From Octopus bimaculoides (lineage: Eukaryota), in NCBI RefSeq assembly GCF_001194135.2, contig NC_068982.1, forward strand, positions 8,604,839 to 8,668,838: a stretch of DNA of 64,000 nucleotides, in the 5' to 3' direction. Below the pieces are notes generated by a model. The model did not search any database, was not told the origin of the DNA, and was given only the letters and a program-made list of their open reading frames with translations. Every line of letters begins with the position of its first letter. Position 1 is the first letter of the stretch. The position numbers and the translations under genes are program-made. This document shows, one piece after another, positions 63,120 through 64,000 of the stretch.

Positions 63120-63354
63120 TTCCTTTCTGCTATAGGTACAGGTCATGGATTTTTGTGAGGAATGGGGGGGGGGGCAATCGATGACATCTACCCCAGTACT
63201 TGACTGGTACTTAATTTATCAATCCCGAGAAGATGAAAGGCAAAGTCGACCTCGGCAGATTTGAACTCAGAACGTAGCGGCAGACGAAATATCGCTAAGC
63301 TTTTCGTCCGGCGCACTAACGATTCTCCCAGCTCACCGCCAATAATAATAATAA

Positions 63355-63398
<44 letters not shown>

Positions 63399-63610
63399 GT
63401 TTCAAATTTTGTCACAAGTGCAGCAGTTTGTGGGGAGGGGATAAGTCGATTACACTGAATCCTGTGTTTCACTGGTACTTTATTTATCGACCCCGAAAGG
63501 ATGAAAGGCAAATTTAACCTCGGTGGAATTTGAACACAGTATGTTGCGAGATACGAAATGCCGCTAAGCATTTTGTCCAGCGTGCTAACGATTCTGCCAG
63601 CTCGCCTCCT
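63120..63610 (-). mobile_element. Two tandem family A SINEs (63120-63340, 63398-63610), each bounded by (AAT)n
   Basis: Both show gaaaggcaaa..tttgaac..ctaacgattct.ccagctc.cc; (AAT)n at ~63100-63118, 63341-63397 and 63615-63792. Confidence 0.9.
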
Positions 63611-63614
63611 TAGC

Positions 63615-63792
<178 letters not shown>

Positions 63793-64000
63793 GCAAACTT
63801 ATGGCTACCTAAGGCTACAGGTAATAACTAGCTACCCACATAAATCCTACCAGGAGCCAAGCGAAAATAATAATAATAATAATAATAATGATGATGATGA
63901 TGATGTGTGAGTTAAGAACAGAGAAGTACATTTTGAGGGGTGTGGGTGGAATAATTGAAAATACCAATCTTAGAATTTTATTTATCGACCCCCCCCCCCC

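Overview
AT-rich eukaryotic genomic DNA from a gapped short-read assembly (12 N-gaps, most flanked by microsatellites). The microsatellite load ((TA)n, (CA)n, (AAT)n, (TCTA)n, (GA)n) and the SINE/LINE families suggest an octopus or other coleoid cephalopod; this is an inference. I find no recognisable intact host gene, rRNA, bona fide tRNA or CRISPR array. Nearly all long ORFs in the track are microsatellite or N-gap artefacts. The window is mostly transposon debris: at least four tRNA-derived SINE families; R4/Dong-like REL LINE fragments; Tx1/L1-like, CR1-like and RTE-like LINE fragments; Penelope-like (PLE) RT and GIY-YIG remnants; a full-length but dead DD37D (maT) transposon; and a Tc1 remnant. 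One plausible terminal coding exon lies at 546-684. The most interesting signal is a set of minimal type-I hammerhead-ribozyme motifs. Two sit inside a tRNA-Arg-derived SINE with a palindromic fold-back 5' end (29969-30246 and 34017-34306). Two sit in the arms of a ~1.05-kb inverted repeat (36131-37182). Further variants occur in PLE-LTR-like repeats. Together these suggest a Pol III SINE plus hammerhead element possibly mobilised by Penelope-like machinery. All calls come from reading the sequence by eye; many repeat boundaries are approximate to tens of bases.
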